From a virus (Duplodnaviria; Caudoviricetes), in IMG/VR virus record IMGVR_UViG_3300028048_003198, positions 5,903 through 69,902 of that record: a DNA stretch of 64,000 nt. The stretch is one strand, 5' to 3'. The first letter of the stretch is position 1, and each line of letters begins with the position of its first letter. Shown one piece after another: positions 29,231 to 38,917 of the stretch. The notes under the pieces were generated by a model. It made no database searches. It was not told the origin of the DNA and was given only the letters and a program-made list of their open reading frames with translations. A program made the translations under genes and the position numbers.

Positions 29231-30751
29231 ATGGACGAACGACAGAAACTAAGAGCATGGATGAAGATTTGGCGAAAGGATTGGTGTCTCTTCGCCGAAC
29301 AGGTCTTGCATGCCAATTTGGATGATGAGCAGAAAGAGGTTCTGCGTTCGGTTCAGTATAACAGTCGTACGGCGGTAGCATCCGGTACATCGCGAGGAAA
29401 AGATTTCGTAGCAGCCGTTTGCGCCTTGTGCTTTCTCTACCTCACACCTCGATTCGATGAAAAAGGCAAGTTGGTGTCTAACACGAAAGTAGCGCTTACG
29501 GCACCGACAGATCGTCAGGTAGGCAATATCATGGTGCCGGAGTTCACGCGCCTATTCAAGGCTGCGAAGATACTGCCCGGCCGACTTGTAGCATACGACA
29601 TCCGTACCTCTCATAAAGAGTGGTTCTTGACAGGCTTTAAGGCTGGTGATGACGATACGGAAGCATGGTCCGGTTTCCACGCAGCCAATACGATGTTTGT
29701 CGTAACGGAGGCATCCGGTATATCCGAAAAGACGTTCGACGCTATTGAGGGTAACCTGCAGGGTAACTCGCGGCTGCTGATCGTGTTTAACCCGAATACT
29801 ACAACAGGCTATGCCGCGAAAGCGATGAAGTCAAGCCGTTTCGCCAAATTCCGTCTGAACTCGCTGAATGCTGCCAATGTGGTTGCGAAGAAAATCATCT
29901 ATCCGGGCCAAGTTGATTACGAGTGGGTGAAAGATAAGGTGGAAAACTGGTGCAGCAAGATTAAGATGACGGATATCGACGAGGGAGAAGGAGATTTTGA
30001 GTTTGAGGGGCAATGGTATCGCCCGAATGATCTTTTCCGTATTAAGGTACTTGGTAAGTTCCCGAAAGCAAGCCATGATGCCCTCATTCCGCAAGAGTGG
30101 ATCGAACTCGCGAACGAGCGATGGAAGAAACTCGTTGCTCAAGAGAATTTCGAGCATATCCGCATGTGTCGTTTGGGTGTCGATGTTGCAGGTATGGGTC
30201 GCGATAGCAGCGTGCTCTGTCCCCGGTATGGCAACTTTGTGGATGAGTTCGAGGTTCATCAGTCAGCAGGTAAAGCGGATCACATGCACGTAGCAGGCAT
30301 GATTGCGCGATATCTGCATTATGATAAATCTAAAGCGTTTATAGATACCATCGGTGAGGGTGCAGGCGTGTACTCGGCTCTTCTGGAAAAAGGCTTCCGC
30401 AATGGTTTCTCGTGTAAATTCTCGGAGAGTGCCAAGGACTTGAGCGATCTGACGGAGCAGTATGAGTTCGCGAACATGAAAGCGTATCTGTACTGGGCCG
30501 TGCGTGATTGGCTTGATCCGAAGAATGGTTTTGAGCCTGCGCTGCCGGAGTGTGACGAACTGATGGAAGAGGCTACCGAGATCAAGTGGCACTTCCAATC
30601 GAGCGGAGCGATAGCGATAGAGAAGAAAGAGGATATCATCAAGCGCCTCGGACGCTCTACTGACTATTTCGATGCGCTGGCCAATACGTTCTATCCCAAT
30701 GACGAGTCGATCCCGTTGGAGGACTTGGAGGCGTTCATAAATGGGCGATAA
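29231..30751 (+). CDS. terL: terminase large subunit
   Basis: SGTSRGKD Walker A, FVVTEASG Walker B, GVDVAGMGRD and DYFDALA nuclease acidic residues. Confidence 0.9.
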   Translation: MDERQKLRAWMKIWRKDWCLFAEQVLHANLDDEQKEVLRSVQYNSRTAVASGTSRGKDFVAAVCALCFLYLTPRFDEKGKLVSNTKVALTAPTDRQVGNIMVPEFTRLFKAAKILPGRLVAYDIRTSHKEWFLTGFKAGDDDTEAWSGFHAANTMFVVTEASGISEKTFDAIEGNLQGNSRLLIVFNPNTTTGYAAKAMKSSRFAKFRLNSLNAANVVAKKIIYPGQVDYEWVKDKVENWCSKIKMTDIDEGEGDFEFEGQWYRPNDLFRIKVLGKFPKASHDALIPQEWIELANERWKKLVAQENFEHIRMCRLGVDVAGMGRDSSVLCPRYGNFVDEFEVHQSAGKADHMHVAGMIARYLHYDKSKAFIDTIGEGAGVYSALLEKGFRNGFSCKFSESAKDLSDLTEQYEFANMKAYLYWAVRDWLDPKNGFEPALPECDELMEEATEIKWHFQSSGAIAIEKKEDIIKRLGRSTDYFDALANTFYPNDESIPLEDLEAFINGR

Positions 30752-30753
30752 AA

Positions 30754-30944
30754 TGACAAAAACCATGCCAGAAAGTGTGATAAAAAGTAGCGATTTTTGT
30801 GCGTTTTTCAAAATGGCAACGACGCTTTGCAATTAGCACTTTTTCAGCATTTTATGCGGAAAAAATTTGGTCAAATGAAAAAAAATGACTAACTTTACAC
30901 TGTCGTTAAGATAATAAAATAAACCATTAAAAATTGAAGTTATG
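30754..30944 (+). promoter_or_regulatory. promoter cassette copy E
   Basis: Core identical to B and D; begins 3 nt after the terL stop. Confidence 0.9.
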
Positions 30945-31581
30945 AAGAGTATTCTTGAGCAATTAAAGGCCGCTAAAGAGGTAGCAGAGAGCGAGATCAA
31001 CGCTATGAAATCTGCTCGTAGCGAATACGAAGAGTTCGAAGAGAATAATCAGTACCCAGTAGATGCAGACGTTGAAGTTCGTCTGGCTTATATTGATAAG
31101 CGTGAGTCGTTGCAAAAAGCAGCTGCGCACGCCGAGAAGCGCGCACGCTGTAAGGTTACATCTTACGGCGATCTGATTGGTGTGAATGTTCAGCCAAATC
31201 AGGTTGATTGCGAACGCAAGATCATCGGAATGTTCGGAACCCTGAATTATTATTACGATGAGATAGCATATCGCGTAAGCCGAATAGTTGATACGTATAA
31301 CGAGTATAACCATTAAGAAGCGAGTTATGAAGAAGATTCACGAACACGTTCATTATAATGCGCCGAACTTGTTTATCGCCAAGTATGTAGCGAAGACGTG
31401 GCGCAAGAAAGCCTTGCGTTATGCTAAAATCCACATCCGGAGAGGTCGGTATGTGAGCGCCCACATCGAAATTCTGGGTGATCTGCTTCGCTTCATCTCA
31501 TGCGGTATTGAAGAGCAGCAACGTACTGCGTTAAGAGAAAAAGTATTAAAGTCAATAAGCCATGAATCAAGAAAAGTATGA
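30942..31581 (+). CDS. two hypothetical genes opening island 4 (30942-31316, 31327-31581)
   Basis: Both are preceded by the AACCATTAA...GTTATG leader. Confidence 0.65.
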
Positions 31582-32101
31582 AAGCCTGGTATCTCGCATC
31601 CTTAAACTACAAAAGCTTGTAGAGCAAGGAGAGGCCGGAGAGGCAGCGAACGCGCGAGCTGCCATCGAAACTATTGTTAATCGCTACGGGTTGTCTCTCG
31701 ACGAAATACTACAGGACGAGGGAAAGAAGAATTACTACTGGACGCTCAAAACTGCGAGAGAAAAGCACCTGTGGAGGCAATGCCTTGGAACTGTGCTTAA
31801 CACATGGAATCCGAGAATAGGTGAGAAAGGAAACATGGTGGTAGCGGAGTTGACGAAATTGCAGTACGCGGAGTTCAAAGACATGTTTGATTTCCATAGA
31901 TCAAATATGGAACATGAGTATAAGGAGATGATCAGTACGTTCGAGAGCGCATATTTCGGGAAGCACAATATCTTTCCTGTTGATGGCGTAGATGAGCATA
32001 CTGATAACAAGATGGATCGTGCCAAGCTGCTGCGTATCATCCACATGCAGCAGGCTATGGAAAATAAGTCGTATCGCAAATCAATCACAGCAGGAGAATA
32101 A
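31562..32101 (+). CDS. DUF2786-like protein
   Basis: ILKLQKLVEQGEAGEAANARAAI..IVNRYGL N-terminus. Confidence 0.6.
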   Translation: MNQEKYESLVSRILKLQKLVEQGEAGEAANARAAIETIVNRYGLSLDEILQDEGKKNYYWTLKTAREKHLWRQCLGTVLNTWNPRIGEKGNMVVAELTKLQYAEFKDMFDFHRSNMEHEYKEMISTFESAYFGKHNIFPVDGVDEHTDNKMDRAKLLRIIHMQQAMENKSYRKSITAGE

Positions 32102-32102
32102 T

Positions 32103-32561
32103 ATGGAAGAAAACAGTTTTGAAATGAATGGCTTGCTGAATGCCGCATGCCAAGAGGAATACAAGTACGCTCAAAGGCAAGGCTTCGGAAAGCAGCATAT
32201 CGGCACGAAACTCATGTTAGTCGTGACCGAACTATCGGAGGCGCTTGAAGCTGATCGCTGCGGCCGACATGCAGATGTTGAGAGATTTAATAAGAATCTC
32301 CCGATGATGCTCCGGAACTTGCGTAAAGCGGATTTGCAGGAACGCGATGAGGATAAGATCAAAGCCTACATCAAGGCAAAAGAGGAGTTCAAGAAGAATT
32401 TCGAGAAGCACATCAAAGATACTTTCGAAGATGAGATCGCAGATGCTTTCATGCGTCTCATGGATTTGTGCGGCGAGTACGGAATAGATATCGAGCGCCA
32501 TATTATGATGAAAGCGATGTATAACGAAATGCGCCCTCCGAAACACGGCAAGGCGTACTAA
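32103..32561 (+). CDS. MazG-like all-alpha NTP pyrophosphohydrolase
   Basis: LMLVVTELSEALEADR...EDEIADAFMRLMDL...KAMYNEMRPPKHGK. Confidence 0.85.
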   Translation: MEENSFEMNGLLNAACQEEYKYAQRQGFGKQHIGTKLMLVVTELSEALEADRCGRHADVERFNKNLPMMLRNLRKADLQERDEDKIKAYIKAKEEFKKNFEKHIKDTFEDEIADAFMRLMDLCGEYGIDIERHIMMKAMYNEMRPPKHGKAY

Positions 32562-32573
32562 TTGGAATAGGAT

Positions 32574-33194
32574 ATGCAGAAGATCATGTTTAATGAACAG
32601 TTCGGCTTGCAGCAAGCAACGTTCGATCGCCTAAAAACAATGACGCGAAGAGTTGTTCCAGAGAAGACAATGGATGCGTGGTACGATTACGCAGATTGGG
32701 TGGCGTCGGTTGGCATGCCTCAAGGAGTTCCGTGTTATACTGAGAGTATGGAGGAGTTCTTGATCAATAGAGCACCATACAAGGTTGGCGAGATAGTGGC
32801 AATCGCGCAAAGCTATCGCGAATTGAGTAGCGATGATAATCCTCTCTTAATTCTCGGTGATGAGATTGATTATTTAGGAATGAGCATCCTGAAAAGCGCC
32901 AAAGAAACTGCAGGATGGAATAATAAGATGTTTGTTAAAGCAGAGCATATGCCTCATCACATCCGCATCGTGCATATCAAGGTAGAAGCGCTTGGAGCCA
33001 TCTCTTATCATGACTGCTTGAGAGAGGGAATTATCTATACCGGAAGCGGCTACACGTGTTATCAGCAAGGCGTGCTGCCTTTGTTCCGAAATCCGTATGC
33101 TGCGTTCAAGGCGCTCATCGACAAACTGAATCGTCGCGGATTCTTCGAGAGCAATCCGATAGTGTATGCGTATCAGTACGAATTAGTTGATTGA
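32574..33194 (+). CDS. ASCH/PUA-like phage protein
   Basis: KTMTRR, PYKVGEIVAI, I.HIKVEALGAIS..DCLREGI, NPIVYAY. Confidence 0.65.
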   Translation: MQKIMFNEQFGLQQATFDRLKTMTRRVVPEKTMDAWYDYADWVASVGMPQGVPCYTESMEEFLINRAPYKVGEIVAIAQSYRELSSDDNPLLILGDEIDYLGMSILKSAKETAGWNNKMFVKAEHMPHHIRIVHIKVEALGAISYHDCLREGIIYTGSGYTCYQQGVLPLFRNPYAAFKALIDKLNRRGFFESNPIVYAYQYELVD

Positions 33195-33208
33195 AAGGAG
33201 GAAATGAT

Positions 33209-35033
33209 ATGTCAAAAGTAAGAAGAACAAGGTCGATTACCTATCGAGTTAAACTGTCTGATCGTGAGGTAAGAGCAATTCGCGAGTTACTGCGTCCGTC
33301 GCTGGACTGCCGCAGGGCGTATAGTGCTATTCGCCAAGCGCAGAAATTCTCCTCTTTAGAGCAGAGTGAGACGAATTCTATTCGCAAGGCGTACTATAAG
33401 CATCTATATGACTTGAAGATGCGCAAGGTTGAGTTCTATAAAGAAAGGATAGAACGTAGTAAAAGTGGAATAATAAATATCGAAAATAATCATGGATGAG
33501 AAACGTAGAAAGGAGTTGCTTAAACTCGCGCTTGATCTGCAAGCGAAATTCAATGCAATGACCACAGACGAGGTGGTCGCAGTACTCAGTAAGGCACTCG
33601 GTGACAACAGTCCGCATGTCGAGGCACCGTACCGCATGATCTGGCAAGTAGCCGATGCAGTGAACGCCGAAAAGGTGGTCATCAGAGAGAAGAAGAAACA
33701 GCCCGGTAAGATAGAGATTCAGTTTTGTGCTTGCAAGGGCGGTGCGCTGAACCTCATCCATCCCAAAGAAGTAAAGGAGGAACTGGCATGATTTACGTAG
33801 TAACAGGCATTATAGTGTTCGCAGCAATACTCGCTGTGTTGAGTGGTAAAACTCCGCATGGAGATAATCAGCGCGATATCGAGGCCGCTCGTAGAAAGTA
33901 CGAGAGAAACTGCCAAGAACTAATTCGTGAACAGGAAGCAAGGAAAGGAAAGTGATATGCACCCGATCTGGTTTGTAGTGATAGGACTCGTAGGCATAGC
34001 CGTTTACACCATCATAGCATATTGCGTAGTGTTTGCAGTATGGTACGTAGTAGAGTGGTTCAAGGATCGCCTGAGTCACGAAAAACAGTCAAAGAAAGGA
34101 GTCAAGAGATGACAGCAGAACAGATAAGACGAAATGCAGAAAATTATATTGACGAGAATACGCAAGGTGTCGTCATTGATGATAACATCCGGAATTTTCT
34201 GTTAGACACTTACATAGCTGGAGCCGAAAGCCGCGACAAAGAGATTGTGCAACTCCATCAACGTATAGAAAACCTCGTAGCGATTGCGAGGGAACAAAGA
34301 AAGTCTTGGTTTAGTGCCAAAGAGAATAAGCCGGAGGCTGTTGAGCAGAAAGAGTTTGGCGCACGCAAACTATCGAAGCAAGTACTTGCTATGTATGAAG
34401 ATGGCAAGTGCCACGTAGTTCGATACGATTACGATTGCCAATGCTGGAGATGGGCTAACAGCTACGGCCAGATGTTTGAACCGAAGATGTGGCGATACAT
34501 CGATATTCCGGAAGGAGGTATAAAATGAGTTGTGCATTTTGTCAACATTATTATGACTGCGAGATGTCGAAACTCCGCTTCGGCTTCTGCGGTCCCCTGA
34601 TATCGTATCTACAACCAAAATCAAAGAAGGAGGAAGAAGTATGAACGCAACAGAACTGATGCTTGGCGACTGGGTGCTGATGCGTGGAACACCAGTACAA
34701 GTAAGAGCAATCGGAGTCAATACGATCCGATTTTCCGATATGCTTATTACGGAACCGCTCGAAAATATAGAGCCTATCCCGCTCACTCCGGAAATACTGG
34801 AGCAGAACGGCTTCGTACCTATTCGACAAAATGCCGTAGAGCCGTATTACTGGCAGTATTTCGATAAAAAAGATGGTAGTATAGTGAATGCCTTCCGAAG
34901 AATCTACAGAGGTCTATGGATTGAGTGTAGCAATGCAACTACCGAAGCAAGCACAAATAAGCAATGCGAGTTTGTTCACGAACTCCAGCACGTAATCAAG
35001 AATACCGAAATAGAAATGGAGGTGGTATTATGA
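33209..35033 (+). CDS. cluster of small hypothetical genes (two with N-terminal TM segments at ~33788 and ~33957)
   Basis: Abutting + strand ORFs. Confidence 0.55.
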
Positions 35034-35142
35034 AAGTCTGCTTGGTACAAAGATGCCCGATAAATCACCACGGATTATGCGTCGGAGATAGAGACGCGAT
35101 GATAGAGAGTGGTAATTGTGAAATCCTAAAACAGAAAAAGCC

Positions 35143-35550
35143 ATGAATAGAGTAATTAAGTTCAGAGGAAGACTGAAAAGAACAAAGAAGTGGATGTACG
35201 GCGATCTTGCACACGTCCAAGGCGAGCCTGTTATTCAGATAGACGTATCTGCTGAAAATCGTCGTACAATCGGAATGAATGTAGAGCCTGATTCTGTAGG
35301 CCAATTCGTCGGACTACATGATAAGAATGGTCGAGAAATATATGAGGGCGATATCCTGCGCGTAGTGGCATATAATGGAGAGTATGACTATACTACACAG
35401 GTGAGTACCGACGGCAACTACGAAGTAGATGTGTGCGGCCAGGATTATGATTGTACGCACATATCGTACCTTTCGCCATGCTATGACGATGACTGCGAAA
35501 TCGAGGTTATAGGCAATATCTATGATAATCCAGAACTGATAAAGAAATGA
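35143..35550 (+). CDS. YopX-family protein
   Basis: IKFRG...WMYGDL...GQFVGLHDKNGREIYEGDI...EVIGNIYDNPEL. Confidence 0.9.
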   Translation: MNRVIKFRGRLKRTKKWMYGDLAHVQGEPVIQIDVSAENRRTIGMNVEPDSVGQFVGLHDKNGREIYEGDILRVVAYNGEYDYTTQVSTDGNYEVDVCGQDYDCTHISYLSPCYDDDCEIEVIGNIYDNPELIKK

Positions 35551-35996
35551 GCACTATTAGGACGATTAAATTCAGAGGCAAGAATGGAGTCGCATGGTTC
35601 AAGGGTGACTTGGAGTATTGCCCAAAAGTAGGCGTAGCGTGCATCCATACGTATAGCAAGGATGGAGTTTATGACAGATCATATCAAGTCAATCCTGATA
35701 CCATCGGTCAGTTTACAGGCTTGCTCGATATCCACGGCAAAGAGATATACGAGGGCGACATCGTACAGAGAATTTACCGAATGGAAGAAGGACGTGGCAA
35801 GAATAAACACGAGGTGCTGCGGCCGGTTGGCAACTGCAAGCCAAAGGTCATCAGTTTCCGAATGGGAGCGTTCGGCTACGTCAATTTCAAAGAGAGAGAA
35901 TATGTAGAAGAAGAGTGGCTTCCGATCCTCGATGAAGAGTGCGAGGTGTTAGGAAACATCTTCGACAATCCGGAAATAGAATGTGGAGGAGATTGA
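35547..35996 (+). CDS. YopX-family protein, tandem paralogue
   Basis: IKFRGK...GQFTGLLDIHGKEIYEGDI...EVLGNIFDNPE. Confidence 0.9.
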   Translation: MSTIRTIKFRGKNGVAWFKGDLEYCPKVGVACIHTYSKDGVYDRSYQVNPDTIGQFTGLLDIHGKEIYEGDIVQRIYRMEEGRGKNKHEVLRPVGNCKPKVISFRMGAFGYVNFKEREYVEEEWLPILDEECEVLGNIFDNPEIECGGD

Positions 35997-36629
35997 TATG
36001 GCAGCAGTATATAGAATCAAAGTAAGCAATCCTTACGACACTTGGATGGTTGAAATTGTTGCCGATGACGAGCGTACTGCTCGATTGCAAGCTGCACACG
36101 CTCATTGCTCATCAATCAAAGGTGCAAAATTGGTAGAGGTTGTTGATAGCGACTATCATGGAGAATTTTACACGAAAGGAGAAAGGATATGAATACGTAC
36201 TATTTGAAGAAGTTCCGCAAGGCGGCAAAGAAACACGTCAAAGTGGAGGTGTACAGAGATGGCTACGATGGGTTTCTGTGCATTGCGACTAACGACCAGA
36301 CGCGAACGATCACAAAGAAGATAGTTAATCTAATCCCGAATAGGGTTATATGCTGGCTATTCCCATATGGTCTGCTTTGCAGGGTTAAGTTATATTACGC
36401 CAGAGTAAATGCGTGTTTTGGCTTGTATGAAAATCCGCTATCCCCTGCGTGCTTGAGTGGCACAAAGCGCGAAACGCAAGTACAAGCCCTGCAAGATGCT
36501 CGCAGGTGGTACGTAAAGATGCTTATCAGAGACGAGCGCACTCGACGCGATATCTATAAACAAAATATGGAACGTGTAGAACGTAAGCGCGAGATGAAGA
36601 AAGATTTATACGAATTAAACCGATTATAA
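35983..36629 (+). CDS. two hypothetical genes (35983-36192, 36189-36629)
   Basis: Overlapping + strand ORFs. Confidence 0.55.
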
Positions 36630-36632
36630 GTT

Positions 36633-37487
36633 ATGAGTAAAGAAATCAAAGGAAAGGCGATTTATTCGCCCCAAGGCAAGGCTGGAGAATATGCCAAGTA
36701 TGCAGTCAATTTCTATGTCGGCTGCTCGAACGATTGCACGTACTGCTATTGCAAGCGCGGTCTGCTCGGGCACGCTATGGGCCAACCGCAGGCAACGCTC
36801 AAGAAGTGTTTCAAGAACGAAGAGCACGCAATAGAGGTGTTCAGAAAGGAACTGCTTGCCAATCTCGGCGTGCTGCAGAAGCATGGGTTATTCTTCACTT
36901 TCACGAGTGATCCGATGATTGTAGAGACGATAGGTCTTACCCTCATCGCAGTCTCGATCGCAGTAGATTTTCAGGTGCCGTGTAAGATCCTCACTAAACG
37001 TGCGGATTTTGTCGACAGACTACCTAAGTATTTCACGGACGATCCGCGTTTCAAGAAGTATGTAGCGTTCGGCTTCACGCTGACCGGACATGATGAACTG
37101 GAGCCAGGCGCAAGCACGAACGCAGAGCGTATTGAGTCGATGAAAGCGTTGCACAAGTTTGGCTTCAAGACGTTCGCGAGCATAGAGCCTGTGATCTCCA
37201 TCGAAGCCAGCAGCCGCATGATCGTGGAAACGCTCGGTCACTGCGATCTGTACAAGATAGGCTTGCTATCCGGCAAGCGCGAGTATAGCAAAACGGACGT
37301 GGTGAAATTCACGTTAGACACCGCGTGGGTTGTGAGCGCGCATAACCTGATGCACGGCGCACGCACTCGCATATATTTTAAGGATAGTATAGTAGAGTAC
37401 GGAGGCTATAGCCGTGACGAGATACGCAATGCAAGTTGGAGGTTCAAGAGTATGGTCGTAGAAGCCGATTATAACCTATTTGAGTAG
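36633..37487 (+). CDS. radical SAM protein (spore photoproduct lyase-like subgroup)
   Basis: NFYVGCSNDCTYCYC (CxxxCxxC), FTSDP, ILTK, SIEPV. Confidence 0.85.
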   Translation: MSKEIKGKAIYSPQGKAGEYAKYAVNFYVGCSNDCTYCYCKRGLLGHAMGQPQATLKKCFKNEEHAIEVFRKELLANLGVLQKHGLFFTFTSDPMIVETIGLTLIAVSIAVDFQVPCKILTKRADFVDRLPKYFTDDPRFKKYVAFGFTLTGHDELEPGASTNAERIESMKALHKFGFKTFASIEPVISIEASSRMIVETLGHCDLYKIGLLSGKREYSKTDVVKFTLDTAWVVSAHNLMHGARTRIYFKDSIVEYGGYSRDEIRNASWRFKSMVVEADYNLFE

Positions 37488-37499
37488 GTATGAGAGATA

Positions 37500-37584
37500 A
37501 ACTCACGCTGTGACAGCGCGGTACGTAACTAACGATTTTTAATGGTGGATAGGGTAGCAAATTTGTGCTATCCTATCTGTTTTT
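37500..37584 (+). ncRNA. candidate sibling antisense sRNA 2 (possibly 3'-UTR derived)
   Basis: Hairpin CGCTG-TGA-CAGCG, then CGTAACTAACGATTTTTAATGGT (37524-37546), then terminator; same layout as sRNA 1; no dedicated promoter seen. Confidence 0.45.
37548..37584 (+). terminator. intrinsic terminator
   Basis: GATAGGGTAGCA/TGCTATCCTATC 12-bp stem (one G-U) followed by TGTTTTTG. Confidence 0.8.
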
Positions 37585-37622
37585 GTGAAAAAATGAAGAA
37601 AATTTGAAAAAAATGCAAAAAA

Positions 37623-37784
37623 TGTTTGGTATTCAAACAATTTTTTGTATCTTTGCAGCGGATTTCAAATCACCATCCCAATTTTTTATGCTTGGATAGT
37701 GTTTGAATATCAAACAAAAAATCAAACTAATTTTGAAAAACTCTGCTCTGGCACTACGCCCGAATAGTGTTTGAATATCAAACA
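37623..37784 (+). promoter_or_regulatory. head-operon promoter with three operator palindromes
   Basis: TGTTTGGTATTCAAACA 37623-37639 over the -33 element, TATCTTTG 37648-37655; TGTTTGAATATCAAACA at 37700-37716 and 37768-37784. Confidence 0.82.
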
Positions 37785-37793
37785 ATTTTTGTT

Positions 37794-38483
37794 ATGAATT
37801 TAGTAGAATTGATCTTAAAAGCGTTGAAACTGAAGGCTAAGAGTCTCGGGTTCAACGAGGATGAGCTTAAGAGTGTCGCTGCCGTTTGTGCCGCCAATCT
37901 TACAGTCACCGAAGAGACCGAGGAATCGGAGCGCGATGCCGCTATCAATAAGATAGTGGACGAAGTTGCAATCCCGATTCTCAAATCGAGCCAAAGTGCA
38001 TCCGGTCGTGCGATCGAGGCGTACAAAAAGGCTCATCCCGCAACCGAACCTAAAAAGCCGGGCGAAGAAGACACCGAGCCGGGCAAAAAGAAACCGGGTG
38101 AGGGTAAAGAGACAGATGACGAGACTCCTGCTTGGGCTAAAGCCTTGGTAACGAGAATCGAGAGTCTTGAACAAGAGAACAGTGATCTCCGCTCGCAGCG
38201 GGTAAGTACGGGTCGTAAGGAACGCCTGTCCGAGTTGGTCAAGGGAACTGGTCGCTTTGGCGAGAATTTCTTGAAGAACTTCGACCGTATGTCCTTCAAG
38301 GACGATGCGGATTTCGATGCGTATCTCGCGTCTGTCAAAGAAGAAGTCGACGTATACAAGCAAGACCTGTCTGACCGCGGTCTTGAGAGTCTGAACACAC
38401 CGCCTAATCCGGACAAATCCAAAGAGGTCGACAAAAAGTTAACCAAAGAAGAAATTAAAGCCGTGGCGGGGGCTATTCACTAA
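37794..38483 (+). CDS. capsid scaffolding protein
   Basis: Charged coiled-coil ORF with ETPAWAKAL, upstream of the decoration and capsid genes. Confidence 0.7.
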   Translation: MNLVELILKALKLKAKSLGFNEDELKSVAAVCAANLTVTEETEESERDAAINKIVDEVAIPILKSSQSASGRAIEAYKKAHPATEPKKPGEEDTEPGKKKPGEGKETDDETPAWAKALVTRIESLEQENSDLRSQRVSTGRKERLSELVKGTGRFGENFLKNFDRMSFKDDADFDAYLASVKEEVDVYKQDLSDRGLESLNTPPNPDKSKEVDKKLTKEEIKAVAGAIH

Positions 38484-38497
38484 AAAAACAATCAAGT

Positions 38498-38899
38498 ATG
38501 AAAAATCCAGCTGTATTGAGCCGCGACAAAGAGATTCTTGGCGATAACAATGAGACCATTGTTATCCGCAACTATATCGCGGGCATTAAAGGCGGCGCTA
38601 CTCTGAATGTTGAAAATTATCCGCACGATGTCATTCATGCGGGTCATGTCATCATCTATGACACCATCAACAAAGAGTATAAGCCGATGCCGCTGAACAG
38701 CGAGGGTGATGCGTACGGGTCTCTGCCGAGCAATCACCGCTATGCGGGCGTATTGGTTGGCACCATCCTCAAGCGCGAGCCTCTTGCTGCAATCATGTAT
38801 GCGGGCGAGGTAAATGATGTTGCATCGCCGTTCCCGGTTGATTCCATCAAGTCGGATTTAGCGTCCGCTCTTCCGCAGATCGTATTCATGCACGACTAA
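38498..38899 (+). CDS. head decoration/stabilising protein
   Basis: 133 aa between scaffold and capsid; YKPM...GVLV pattern. Confidence 0.65.
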   Translation: MKNPAVLSRDKEILGDNNETIVIRNYIAGIKGGATLNVENYPHDVIHAGHVIIYDTINKEYKPMPLNSEGDAYGSLPSNHRYAGVLVGTILKREPLAAIMYAGEVNDVASPFPVDSIKSDLASALPQIVFMHD

Positions 38900-38917
38900 T
38901 CAAGAAAGGAGTAAATT

